Both the position numbers and the translations under genes were made by a program. A stretch of 29,465 bases of DNA. Source: a virus. Lineage: Duplodnaviria > Caudoviricetes. Of the stretch, positions 8,608 through 18,002 are shown piece after piece. Within the stretch, counting starts at the first letter, position 1, and every line of letters starts with the position of its first letter. The notes below the pieces were generated by a model, which was not told where the DNA came from, searched no databases, and saw only the letters and a list, made by a program, of their open reading frames with translations. Location: positions 1 to 29,465 of IMG/VR virus record IMGVR_UViG_3300020716_000030; one strand, given 5' to 3'.

Positions 8608-9585
8608 TTATTGTTCTTCTTCTGTTACAACTTCTAAATCGGCTGCGTCTGCAACATTAACGCCTAACATTTTACTAATATAATCACCACAATCCTTTTT
8701 GTAAAGCTCAATTGATCTTTTTTCTTCAGTATCATCCTTGCCTGACATAAAACCGTGTGATGTTACCAAGATACGTCCATCTTCATATCCTAAACCATTT
8801 ACGTGGTTTTTCATAATTGAGATTTTAGTTCTTGTTGCAATTTTTACTTTTCTCTTATCTTTTGTAATAGAAATTTTAGTAGTTCCTGCGCCTTTCTGAT
8901 TACCAAATAAGAACACTAAAGTTGAATTTAACCATATTGCTTCTCCACCTTTTGCTTTGATTTTTGGTTGTCCAAATGGATTATCAGGTAATTCTACCCA
9001 AGGTTGGTTGACAATGATTAAAGTATTAGTATACTTTTTATCATCTCTCCTTGAACCTGATATACGTTGATTGATACCCATACCAATTTTGTCAGCTAAA
9101 ACTGATGCATTGTGTTGTTTACCACCTTTACCATCGTAAGTCATTTTACAAGGAACTGAACCTACTGAATCCCACATAAACAATAAATCGTGAGGTAAAT
9201 CACCTTTATCTTGTGCATCTAATAATTCATTAATATAATCCGTAATTTGTTCAATGTATTCAAAATCACTATTGAAAAGATAGTCTCCACTTTTATCGAA
9301 TCCCATCAATTCAGCGTGTTCCCAACTCCATTTTTGTTCAGTAATTAAGAAAACAGGAATGATTCCTTTCTTCTGAGCATCAACAGCTGCTTTTACAAGT
9401 GCGGTTGTTTTACCTGTATCCGAGTGACCTAAATACATATTGATATGACCAATTGCGGGTCCAGGTATTCCTGTTGCATCTAAAAAAGCATCACCTAAAT
9501 CTAAGAATCTATCTGGTTTGTAGGTAGCTTCTTTAGAGAATTTTGCCTTTATTGATTCGAAACTATTTTTCTTTATTCCTGCCAT
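8608..9585 (-). CDS. RecA/UvsX-like recombinase
   Basis: Walker A GHSDTGKTT, AVDAQKKG, Walker B region WDSVGS, IIVNQ, KGGEA, KNHV. Confidence 0.9.
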   Translation of the reverse strand: MAGIKKNSFESIKAKFSKEATYKPDRFLDLGDAFLDATGIPGPAIGHINMYLGHSDTGKTTALVKAAVDAQKKGIIPVFLITEQKWSWEHAELMGFDKSGDYLFNSDFEYIEQITDYINELLDAQDKGDLPHDLLFMWDSVGSVPCKMTYDGKGGKQHNASVLADKIGMGINQRISGSRRDDKKYTNTLIIVNQPWVELPDNPFGQPKIKAKGGEAIWLNSTLVFLFGNQKGAGTTKISITKDKRKVKIATRTKISIMKNHVNGLGYEDGRILVTSHGFMSGKDDTEEKRSIELYKKDCGDYISKMLGVNVADAADLEVVTEEEQ

Positions 9586-9629
9586 AATTTTGTTTTTTTA
9601 AAAAATGGGGTTTCTGACGTTATCTCCAC

Positions 9630-9663
9630 CCCTCCATTGATAATAAGACCCTCCATTGATAAT
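9630..9663. repeat. 15-nt direct repeat x2 next to a GC stem in the gp32-uvsX spacer
   Basis: CCCTCCATTGATAAT at 9630-9644 and 9649-9663. Confidence 0.85.
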
Positions 9664-10505
9664 TAGAATGGTAAATCTTCATCTACCTCAGCATCTTCTT
9701 GTGGGTCAACCACAGGTGTTGCTTTTACAGGTGCTGCAATCATTTCATCATTTGATGAACTTGATACATATTTACCTGAAGCAGTGTCCCATTTTGGAAC
9801 ATCACCTTTAGCAACCATTTCAAGGTAATCTTCAGATTTTTTAGAATAAACATCTGACCAAGTTAATTCATCAGCAATCCAAGATTGTGCAACGCTATCA
9901 TCCGCGTTTAAAGGAGAAGCATCATCAGGAATTACAGAATTCACTGCAGTGTAATCTTTACCGTTTCCTGATTTGGTTAAATTCAAAGTGATAATTAAAT
10001 CTCTTCCCTTTTGAGGGTCAGTAATATCACCTTTGTTTCTCCAAATTGGAACGATTTTATCTAAAATACCTTCTTGTTTTGTATTGTGTTTAAATCTCCA
10101 AAATTTTGGTCCATCTTGTTCATTATCACGATCGATAACTTTAACAATGTAGAATTTACGAGAACGATAAGTTCTTGCTAATTCTTTATCAGATTCAACA
10201 CCTGTCATCATTAAACCCTCATAAACATCATTTAATGGAGAGCGTTTTCCGTCTTGAGCTGGGTCATAAAGTTTCATCCATTGGCCATCCACTTGAATTT
10301 CGTGGAATTTTACTTCTACAAATGGTGAAGAACCATCTTTTGTAGGTAAAATACGAATACGTTTTTCAGCTGTTTTAACCCCTTTAGGTAAAACAGTAGT
10401 GAAATACTTTTTCATTCTGTCCTCTTGTGAAATTTTGTTTTGGTTACCGCTTGCGGTGTTTTTGTTTTTTTCGTACTGCGCTAGTACTGCATCAAAAGTG
10501 CTCAT
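9663..10505 (-). CDS. Single-stranded DNA-binding protein, T4 gp32-like
   Basis: RIRILP...PF....H, FYIVKVIDR...GPKFWRF, GDITDP..GRDLII, acidic C-terminus EDAEVDEDLPF; upstream of UvsX. Confidence 0.85.
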   Translation of the reverse strand: MSTFDAVLAQYEKNKNTASGNQNKISQEDRMKKYFTTVLPKGVKTAEKRIRILPTKDGSSPFVEVKFHEIQVDGQWMKLYDPAQDGKRSPLNDVYEGLMMTGVESDKELARTYRSRKFYIVKVIDRDNEQDGPKFWRFKHNTKQEGILDKIVPIWRNKGDITDPQKGRDLIITLNLTKSGNGKDYTAVNSVIPDDASPLNADDSVAQSWIADELTWSDVYSKKSEDYLEMVAKGDVPKWDTASGKYVSSSSNDEMIAAPVKATPVVDPQEDAEVDEDLPF

Positions 10506-10551
10506 GTTTTTTAAATTTTAAGTTTTTAAATCTTATATGTAAAATATAAAT

Positions 10552-10580
10552 AAAAAAACCCGAATTAAAAAATCCGGGTT
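10552..10580 (-). terminator. Intrinsic terminator after the Dps-like gene
   Basis: Minus strand AACCCGGAT-TTTTTA-ATTCGGGTT followed by TTTTT (one G-U pair in the stem). Confidence 0.8.
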
Positions 10581-10606
10581 CAATTATTTTTAAAAATTCT
10601 TAAAAT

Positions 10607-10978
10607 TTACTGTAAAGTCAATAAATAACTAATTTGATTCATTGTTCCTAATATCTCATCGCGAATGTTCATTAAATCAGTATCTATTTCTTCAAATTCT
10701 TGTGTAAATTGAATTAAAGCTTTCTTTACATTCATCATCATTGATTTAACATCAATTTCTGATAAATTATCAAGATGAATAGTTTTATCGTTTTCTTCTA
10801 AAACAAATCTACCATACTTACCCATTGCTGTTTCAACAAAGGTATCAATTAAGTCACCTAATTCTTCGTATAATTGGTCAAAAGCTTTATGTCTTGCATA
10901 ACCTCTTGTTTGCCAATGGTTTATTTTAACTTGTAATTGAGTTTCTAAAAGAAACTTAACTTTAGAACTTATATTCAT
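10607..10978 (-). CDS. Dps/ferritin-like four-helix protein (resembles the viral DUF5856 type)
   Basis: KINHWQTRGYARHKAFDQLYEELGDLIDTFVE resembles the Dps HW...H...e.Y......D...E ferroxidase signature; 123 aa. Confidence 0.7.
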   Translation of the reverse strand: MNISSKVKFLLETQLQVKINHWQTRGYARHKAFDQLYEELGDLIDTFVETAMGKYGRFVLEENDKTIHLDNLSEIDVKSMMMNVKKALIQFTQEFEEIDTDLMNIRDEILGTMNQISYLLTLQ

Positions 10979-11618
10979 CTTCTTGCTCTTCAGGATTAAA
11001 TGTTTGTTTTATTTGGTCATTTGAATAGTTAGCAACGTCATCTTTTGTTAAAACATATTCATTTTTACCTGATTTTCTCATTTCATCTTGTTTATGAGCA
11101 AAAAATTGATTTGGTTTTTCGTTGAATGGATATGAATCTAAAGAACGCATTTCTAATTTTTCAACAGGTGTTTCAGGTTTCATTTGTTCAATCTTAGCAC
11201 CTAATGAATCTATTTTATGCATTAAAGCATCCATTTCACTAAGTTTTGTTTCTAAGTCTCCTAATTTACTGAAAACATCGTCCATTTTCTGAATGGCTCC
11301 GCTATAGTCATTTTTATTATTTTCAACGTCCTGTTTGATACTTTTAGTCATATTAACTAAATCAGTAATATCGATTTCTTCAGTATCTTCTTCAGCAGGT
11401 GGTGGAGGTGTTGCTCCTGCAGCGTCAGCAGGTGGAGGAGGTGTTGCTGCAGCTGCATCAGGTGCAGGTGCTCCTGCCGCGTCTGATGCAGGTGGAACAG
11501 CTGTAGGAACCTCAGCAGGAGGAGCAGCTTGTTCCATTAATATTTTATTGTTACCATAATTGTAATTGTTTATGGCTTTATAACGATTTAATTCTTCGTG
11601 TAATTTTTTCTCTAACAT
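10962..11618 (-). CDS. Hypothetical protein with Pro/Ala linker and coiled coil; possible virion or head-associated protein
   Basis: 218 aa; low-complexity PA-rich segment, then the heptad-like helix MDDVFSKLGDLETKLSEMDALMHKIDSLGAKIEQM; overlaps the next gene by 17 nt. Confidence 0.75.
   Translation of the reverse strand: MLEKKLHEELNRYKAINNYNYGNNKILMEQAAPPAEVPTAVPPASDAAGAPAPDAAAATPPPPADAAGATPPPPAEEDTEEIDITDLVNMTKSIKQDVENNKNDYSGAIQKMDDVFSKLGDLETKLSEMDALMHKIDSLGAKIEQMKPETPVEKLEMRSLDSYPFNEKPNQFFAHKQDEMRKSGKNEYVLTKDDVANYSNDQIKQTFNPEEQEDEYKF
11392..11457. repeat. Imperfect 33-nt tandem repeat encoding DAAAATPPPPA / DAAGATPPPPA
   Basis: tcagcaggtggtggaggtgttgctcctgcagcg (11392-11424) and tcagcaggtggaggaggtgttgctgcagctgca (11425-11457). 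Confidence 0.8.
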
Positions 11619-11622
11619 AGTA

Positions 11623-11826
11623 TTAATCTTGTAATAATTGTCTACCGTCGTTTGTAACGTATTTTTTATTTATTCTTTCTACAATTCCGTCTTTTTCTCT
11701 GATTGTATAACATTCTCCTGTTACTAAATCACATTCTTCTCTTTCCATACCATCATTAGATACATTTTGAATCTTTTTTGGATTTAAAAATTGATCCATG
11801 GTATTTTTTAATTTATTATTATCCAT
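11623..11826 (-). CDS. Hypothetical protein, 67 aa
   Basis: Fills the gap, has the TATTTATA motif 12 nt upstream, and ends 4 nt before the next start; contains ECDLVTGEC. Confidence 0.7.
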   Translation of the reverse strand: MDNNKLKNTMDQFLNPKKIQNVSNDGMEREECDLVTGECYTIREKDGIVERINKKYVTNDGRQLLQD

Positions 11827-11872
11827 AAAGGTTTTTTATATAAATATCAAGAAAATTGTAATAATTTGATTA

Positions 11873-14800
11873 TTAGTAACCATTTAATGTTGATGGAGAT
11901 GCTAAATTCTCAATACCGTTAATAATATCATTATTATCAACATCGAAATAAACAATATCACCATCTGATAAACCTAAATCACTCATTAATTTAGATGACA
12001 TACTAATTCCATAACCAGTTGGAACAAATGTATCTATAGGTCCTTCTATTTGATTAATTACTTTAACATTGTTTACTGTTGTAAAACTGAACGTTGTTGT
12101 CAGAGGTACTTTTTTATTATTAGCAGGATTAAAAAAGGTACATTTAATTCCACCTTGTGGTTGGTTATTTCTATTTGGGTAATATATTTCATTTCTAATT
12201 TGTCCTTTCCCATTTGATGCAAAAAATTCATAATTTAAAGTGAAAAAACTTTTAGTTGTTGTTAAACCAGAAACGGAATTCCAATCTACTATACCGAACG
12301 AGTTGTTAGGTAATGAATTTAACATCATCATATTTCTCGTACCATAATCGGCTTCAACCATCCTTTTTACATTTGCTCTTAACCATGTTGTCCCATTATA
12401 ATTTACAAGTTGTACAAATTTACCGTCAGTTCCTTGTCCCCATCCATTAAATGGTACCCCATAAGCAGTTCTACCTGCATAAGATGTAATTAATGTATTT
12501 GGGGTTTCCCATTTTTGTAAAATACCTGGTTCTGTAACCACAAACCCAATATTAGAATCGTGAACTATTATATCGGTTACAGGATTTATTGTACTTTCTA
12601 ATTGGACTAATTTAATTGCGTTGGCCGTTAACCTGTCGAATAAAGTCTTATATGATGACGCAAATGAATCTTTAGGATCAGGGAATCCTCCGATTGGGAC
12701 TCTTGCACCTTTAAATGTCGTTACTACTTGGTTATTTCTAATACTATGATTTACTTCTGTTATCCAATATGAACCTCTAAACATAGGTACATTTTTCAGA
12801 TAAAAAAACATTGTAGGTTGAATCATTACATTTCCTAACATAGTAACTTCACAACTATAAGCTGCGGTTTTATAATAATCGAATAGACTTACATCCATAC
12901 TTGCAGCGTTAGCACCTGTTTCAGAACTTGCTAAAGCTTCTAAAACATATACTGATGCGGCGGTATTTCTAATTGAAGTTTGATCCAATTGAATTGATTT
13001 AAAAATACCTTGATTTTGATCACCAAAACTAACTTCAAATGAAACTGCTTTATTTGACTTAGTTAAATCACCAAGACTAACAACATTTGCCGTTGTTAAT
13101 AAAAGTGGATTATTGTTTACCATTGAACAATTGAAACTATCGTCATTAAAAGTATTATTCGAACTTCCATTATCTAAATGTTTGGAGTTGTCTCCAACAA
13201 ATTGAATAACAATTTTTGGTGACGCATCTTGATAATCAACCTCCAAAAATGTTCCAAACAAGTCTCCTGCTGTTTTACTTGATGCAGTTGTTCTTGTTTT
13301 ATTATTATAATTAGTTCCATAGAAGTTGATATAGGCTGGTAAAGGTCTCATATCTAAACCTGAATTTTCAATTAATAATGAAATTGCTTCATATAAATTT
13401 ATATCTTTATTTCTTTCATCAATAATTGGAATTAATTTTTGAATATCTAAAAAATATTCATCACCAATATCTTTATTTCTTCTATCTAAAAATAAAAATT
13501 CTTCAATCAACGATCGTTGTCCGATTGAATTTCCTGCAACCCATTTATCATTAAAAGATTTAAAATGATTGTATAAATCTATTTTTATTGGTGTATTATT
13601 ATATCCTCCAGAAATATTTGTAGAGTCTTGTTGATTATCACTTGGTGGTAATGTTAATCCGGCAAAATTTTTGGATAAGGTTGTAATAAATTGTATAAAT
13701 CTATTATTGAAACCATCAGGTGTTAAATTTGGATTATTAGGACTTTTACTTTGAATTATGTAATTTTTTACATAATCAGGAAAAGTCATTCCTTGAAAAT
13801 TTGGATTATTTAAAAATCCCGCAAAAATTAGAATTAAAGGTCTAAACAATAGTATGTTAGTTTCATTTAATTCAATATTATTCAATATGAAAAAATCTCT
13901 ATAACTATTATCAATATCTTGACCTAAATATAAATCAATTAAATTCAAATTTGTTTGTGTTTCTTGTGAGAGATCAAATGGATTCCAACTTAAAGTATTT
14001 GTTGATGAGGTTTGTGCAAATCCATTTAGTACGTGAGCGTCTAATTCTTTTGGATTTGCCATTGTTAATTTTACTAAATTATGATCATCCAAAATTACTG
14101 TTGTAATTTTTTCTAAATTTTGAATTTGTGCGTCTTTCAAAGAATTAACAAATGTAATACCATTTGAAGATTTTGTTAATCCTGTTACTGAGAACATATC
14201 TCTCAATAAATTTTGAAAATGTACATATTTTGTATTATAAAATTTAGGATTTGGTGTTTCAATATTTGTTGTTGCACCGATATCTGAAGCAAAATCTAAA
14301 AACATTGTTTCGAACTCAGATAAAATGTTCGGTGAAAATGTACCCATTAAATCGATTATTTTCAAATAATTTTTTGAAAGTGAGTATCCATCAATTAATG
14401 AATAATTATAATCGTATGGTGATGGAAATGTTTGTCCACTTAATGTATCATTTATATAACTACTATCTAAATCGCTCCATATAACTCTGAAATAATCTTC
14501 ATTGTTCTTTAAAAATTGATCTTTATTTAGTGTATTATTTAAGGCACAACTTGGTAATAACGTATATCTCAAATCTGTTGAGTCGTATTTTGAGTTATCT
14601 ACATATTGTGTAAAATAATTTAAATTATTACCATTTTGTTGTACTACTTCAATAATACCACCAGCGGAAACATTTGCCTCAAAGGATGAACTACCTTCTG
14701 AAACATTATAATGATCATATCCATTTATGATTTGATGAAATATAGCATCATAAAACGGATGAATACCCATGTTATTTTCATATGAATATGAAATGTCATA

Positions 14801-17686
14801 AGTGTTTCCTCCATAATCTATACTGAAAGTATCATTTGTATTATTGTCAAAAAATTCACTTATATTGACTGGTTGTGTTTGAAAATTATTGTTTAAACTT
14901 CCTTGAAGTATATCAACTCCATTTAATAAATAATTTTTATATCTATGATAAATTGAACCCCATTTAAGTATCAAATGATACGGAATAAAATGTGTTGCTC
15001 CAATTTCCTTAAAAATAGAAGAATAAAAAATATTATCTTTTGAATTAAATAAATCATTAAAAGGTAATGAGTTTAATAATAAATAAGCAGATCCTTTATA
15101 TTTCCCATAAACACCTTCACTATTGAAATCAGTAAAAAGTTGGTTATGAAAATATGGTGTGTTTACTATATTAATTTTAGTTGAACCAATTGTTAAATCG
15201 TTTACAAAAAGATTAGTAGTATAAACTGAATTAACGTAAAAATTATTTTTCTTAGGTGAACAAATAAATCCATTTATAGTATCGATATTAAATAACCCTT
15301 TGATATTAAGATTATATTTTTCTACATATTGTTTATAAAGGGATGAACTAAAAGGATAAATGTCATTTCTATATGGTTCGTTTTGATAACTATTTAGAAA
15401 TTGACTTGTTTTGGTATATGATGAATCATTGTTATTAGTATCTGTTATATTAATGTACTGTTCCGTTTTAAACGGATTGTTCATAACATTAATCAAATAT
15501 GGTGTTGTTGGTAATTGATCATTATAATATGACATTCCTTGAAATGGTGATAATTGTGATAACATATTTTGAATTACAGTAAACAACTGAACATTTCCTG
15601 TTGGCATAGGTACTGTAATTGTTTTTAGTAAACTTATAAGTTCACTATTATCATTATAACCATTATTAATGATATTTTTAATATTATTATCAAATTCAAC
15701 TTGAGCCAATTCATTTATTGTTTCCGAATTGAACGAATCGAATAATGAAAAGAAATAACATCTTTCCCATATTTCATATATAAATGAGGATGGTGTTTGA
15801 TTATAATAAGGAATATTATAAAACAAATTAGATGATGTAGAAACACTTCGTACATTTTTAGTGGGTAAATTATTTGGAAATATAAAATTTACATTACTAG
15901 CTGTTGCCTCTTTTGTTCCATTTGGATCTACTGACAATGTAACTATTTTATAATAATTTTCCAAAAATTGTACTTCAGGCCATATACTTGCTTTATCTGA
16001 CTGTAATTTACTTATTAATTCAGCTTCACCTGGATAAGCTATAACTTGTTGTTTTCCTTTATCTGTTCTTTTTCTAATTTCAGGCCAAGGATAAATGTTG
16101 TTATTATTTTTAGTCTCGATTGAAAACTGATTCACCATGTTTTTTCGATTTGGACCAGCATCGAATGCTTTCTGATGTGTTTCTTTTAAAAGTCTTATAT
16201 AAACATCTGCATTAGCACAAATTACCGCAAAAATATTTCTAATTGTTGGTTCAAATCCAATACCTAACTTAGGATCTTTTAATACTGTATTGATTCGTTT
16301 TTCTAAAAAATTATCTATATTTTGTTTTTCTTGATTGTATTTGTTAGCAATATCATTTACCAAATTTAAGATATATGATATTGCAACACCAACTAATCCT
16401 TCTTTCGAAGAATATAAGGTTTTATCAAATGAAATTGTTTGAATGTTTACTACAGGTAAATCTTTATTTTTATTTTTTACAAAATTAATTAGGTCGTTAA
16501 CATCTTGGATTTTTTTATTATTAATTAAAATGATATTTTCCAATGTGTTACTTGAGGTTCCTATTATATTCTTTAATGTTGTAGCATCTTCTCCATTACC
16601 AACCAAATAATTATAAACAATATTATTATTGGTAAAAGTTTGATTTTTTGAATATCGATTTTTCCAAGTAGTTATGTCTCTTTGATAAGTTTCCACTGCC
16701 TCACCTAATTGTTTCATTGCTTGTAAAATTTTGGGATCAATACCACTATTTTTTCCTGAAAAGATTTCTCTTTCTAAAATTTTATCAAGAATTTTAGCTG
16801 TTTCTCCTAATTCTTTCAAAGTTTTGACAGGAAAATTCGGATCTAATAATCCCATTAATTTGTACTCAGCATAAACAGATGTTAATAATTCATATCCTCT
16901 TGATAATTTATTAACTGTTACATTATATGTTTGAGATTGTGCATTATATTGTTTAGTTGAAGGTGTTTGATTGTCATAACTATACATGTAAGGGGCGTTT
17001 AAAACACCTTTCAGTGGTATATCATTCATAAATGCATATGTAGAACCTACAAAGTTTGTTGTAATTTCAAAATTACCGTTCGCTTCATTAAATTTCGAAC
17101 TAAACTTTACGAGATGTAATCTATATCTAATTGCTTGACCATAATATCCTTTAACGGTCAAATAGAATATTGGCCATGGTAAATGAAAAAACGCATTATA
17201 AGGTGAATCATCTGGAGCCTCAAATAATGTTTTTCCTCTAACATCTATAAAATTGATATTAACTTGAGGAACAAAGTTAGCTCCTTTAATTAAAATACTA
17301 ATTGAAGAGATTCCTAATGATTGACCAGATGTATCTGGTTTAGAAAAATTTCCTGATATATTTCCACTAACGCTGTTTAATGTAGTTTCACCATATGAAT
17401 TAGTCCATGTTGTATCGTAATCACGACCATCTTGATTTTTTAGAAAATTAAGAGTTCCTTTAGCAATTGAGGTATATGTTATTTTATCATTATTAGCAGC
17501 TAATATTGTTCTTGGTATTATATCAGCCTCTAAATTAACATATGTAACTAATTTTTCTTGTTCAATTCCTCTTGGTACTATTTTTCCTGTACTGTCAATG
17601 ACACTATTCGGATCAATATAAATTAAATTGTTTTGATCTATTTTTACTAATATATTTTCATTACCAGATAAATTATTGTTGGCCAT
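11873..17686 (-). CDS. Giant (1937 aa) baseplate hub-like structural protein (gp27/GpD-like termini)
   Basis: Follows the LysM/gp53-like gene as hub genes do. The C-terminal YSCEVTMLGNVMIQPTMFFYLKNVPMFRGSYWITEVNHSIRNNQVVTTFKGAR resembles the hub 'G.Y.I..V.H.i.....T' signature; the N-terminal region is beta-rich (LGISSISI...PQVNINFIDVRG). Confidence 0.6.
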   Translation of the reverse strand: MANNNLSGNENILVKIDQNNLIYIDPNSVIDSTGKIVPRGIEQEKLVTYVNLEADIIPRTILAANNDKITYTSIAKGTLNFLKNQDGRDYDTTWTNSYGETTLNSVSGNISGNFSKPDTSGQSLGISSISILIKGANFVPQVNINFIDVRGKTLFEAPDDSPYNAFFHLPWPIFYLTVKGYYGQAIRYRLHLVKFSSKFNEANGNFEITTNFVGSTYAFMNDIPLKGVLNAPYMYSYDNQTPSTKQYNAQSQTYNVTVNKLSRGYELLTSVYAEYKLMGLLDPNFPVKTLKELGETAKILDKILEREIFSGKNSGIDPKILQAMKQLGEAVETYQRDITTWKNRYSKNQTFTNNNIVYNYLVGNGEDATTLKNIIGTSSNTLENIILINNKKIQDVNDLINFVKNKNKDLPVVNIQTISFDKTLYSSKEGLVGVAISYILNLVNDIANKYNQEKQNIDNFLEKRINTVLKDPKLGIGFEPTIRNIFAVICANADVYIRLLKETHQKAFDAGPNRKNMVNQFSIETKNNNNIYPWPEIRKRTDKGKQQVIAYPGEAELISKLQSDKASIWPEVQFLENYYKIVTLSVDPNGTKEATASNVNFIFPNNLPTKNVRSVSTSSNLFYNIPYYNQTPSSFIYEIWERCYFFSLFDSFNSETINELAQVEFDNNIKNIINNGYNDNSELISLLKTITVPMPTGNVQLFTVIQNMLSQLSPFQGMSYYNDQLPTTPYLINVMNNPFKTEQYINITDTNNNDSSYTKTSQFLNSYQNEPYRNDIYPFSSSLYKQYVEKYNLNIKGLFNIDTINGFICSPKKNNFYVNSVYTTNLFVNDLTIGSTKINIVNTPYFHNQLFTDFNSEGVYGKYKGSAYLLLNSLPFNDLFNSKDNIFYSSIFKEIGATHFIPYHLILKWGSIYHRYKNYLLNGVDILQGSLNNNFQTQPVNISEFFDNNTNDTFSIDYGGNTYDISYSYENNMGIHPFYDAIFHQIINGYDHYNVSEGSSSFEANVSAGGIIEVVQQNGNNLNYFTQYVDNSKYDSTDLRYTLLPSCALNNTLNKDQFLKNNEDYFRVIWSDLDSSYINDTLSGQTFPSPYDYNYSLIDGYSLSKNYLKIIDLMGTFSPNILSEFETMFLDFASDIGATTNIETPNPKFYNTKYVHFQNLLRDMFSVTGLTKSSNGITFVNSLKDAQIQNLEKITTVILDDHNLVKLTMANPKELDAHVLNGFAQTSSTNTLSWNPFDLSQETQTNLNLIDLYLGQDIDNSYRDFFILNNIELNETNILLFRPLILIFAGFLNNPNFQGMTFPDYVKNYIIQSKSPNNPNLTPDGFNNRFIQFITTLSKNFAGLTLPPSDNQQDSTNISGGYNNTPIKIDLYNHFKSFNDKWVAGNSIGQRSLIEEFLFLDRRNKDIGDEYFLDIQKLIPIIDERNKDINLYEAISLLIENSGLDMRPLPAYINFYGTNYNNKTRTTASSKTAGDLFGTFLEVDYQDASPKIVIQFVGDNSKHLDNGSSNNTFNDDSFNCSMVNNNPLLLTTANVVSLGDLTKSNKAVSFEVSFGDQNQGIFKSIQLDQTSIRNTAASVYVLEALASSETGANAASMDVSLFDYYKTAAYSCEVTMLGNVMIQPTMFFYLKNVPMFRGSYWITEVNHSIRNNQVVTTFKGARVPIGGFPDPKDSFASSYKTLFDRLTANAIKLVQLESTINPVTDIIVHDSNIGFVVTEPGILQKWETPNTLITSYAGRTAYGVPFNGWGQGTDGKFVQLVNYNGTTWLRANVKRMVEADYGTRNMMMLNSLPNNSFGIVDWNSVSGLTTTKSFFTLNYEFFASNGKGQIRNEIYYPNRNNQPQGGIKCTFFNPANNKKVPLTTTFSFTTVNNVKVINQIEGPIDTFVPTGYGISMSSKLMSDLGLSDGDIVYFDVDNNDIINGIENLASPSTLNGY

Positions 17687-18002
17687 AATATAAGTTATAC
17701 GTGTCTACCGCTGTTTTATAATCCTGTAAAGTTGTTGTTAACGGAAAAGGAATCCTAAGAATATAATTATCAGGTATTAGAAAATCAAGTCCACCCGCTG
17801 ATGGGTTCGCTTGCATGATTAACCAACCAAATAATGGTGAATCATAATATTGTTGTGATAATTTATCTAACCTATCTTTTCCTTTTTTGTATTGTACATA
17901 TTGATCGGTTGATTTAATTGGTAGTTCAATTCCCGGTACTATATTGAAATTACCTGAATCATTAACAAAATATTGATATCTATTTAAATAACTTCTACTC
18001 AT
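17673..18002 (-). CDS. LysM / tail-X / gp53-like baseplate wedge protein
   Basis: DRLDKLSQQYYDSPLFGWLIMQANP...IPDNYILRIP; overlaps both neighbours (ATGA at 17999-18002). Confidence 0.85.
   Translation of the reverse strand: MSRSYLNRYQYFVNDSGNFNIVPGIELPIKSTDQYVQYKKGKDRLDKLSQQYYDSPLFGWLIMQANPSAGGLDFLIPDNYILRIPFPLTTTLQDYKTAVDTYNLYYGQQ

Noticed and set aside
2163-9585. Introns or inteins in nrdA, nrdB, helicase or recombinase
   Set aside because: All have normal length, contiguous motifs and complete termini; both endonucleases lie between genes.
9630-9663. Mini CRISPR array
   Set aside because: Only two 15-nt copies separated by 4 nt, and no cas genes. No CRISPR array, tRNA or rRNA was recognised anywhere in the window.
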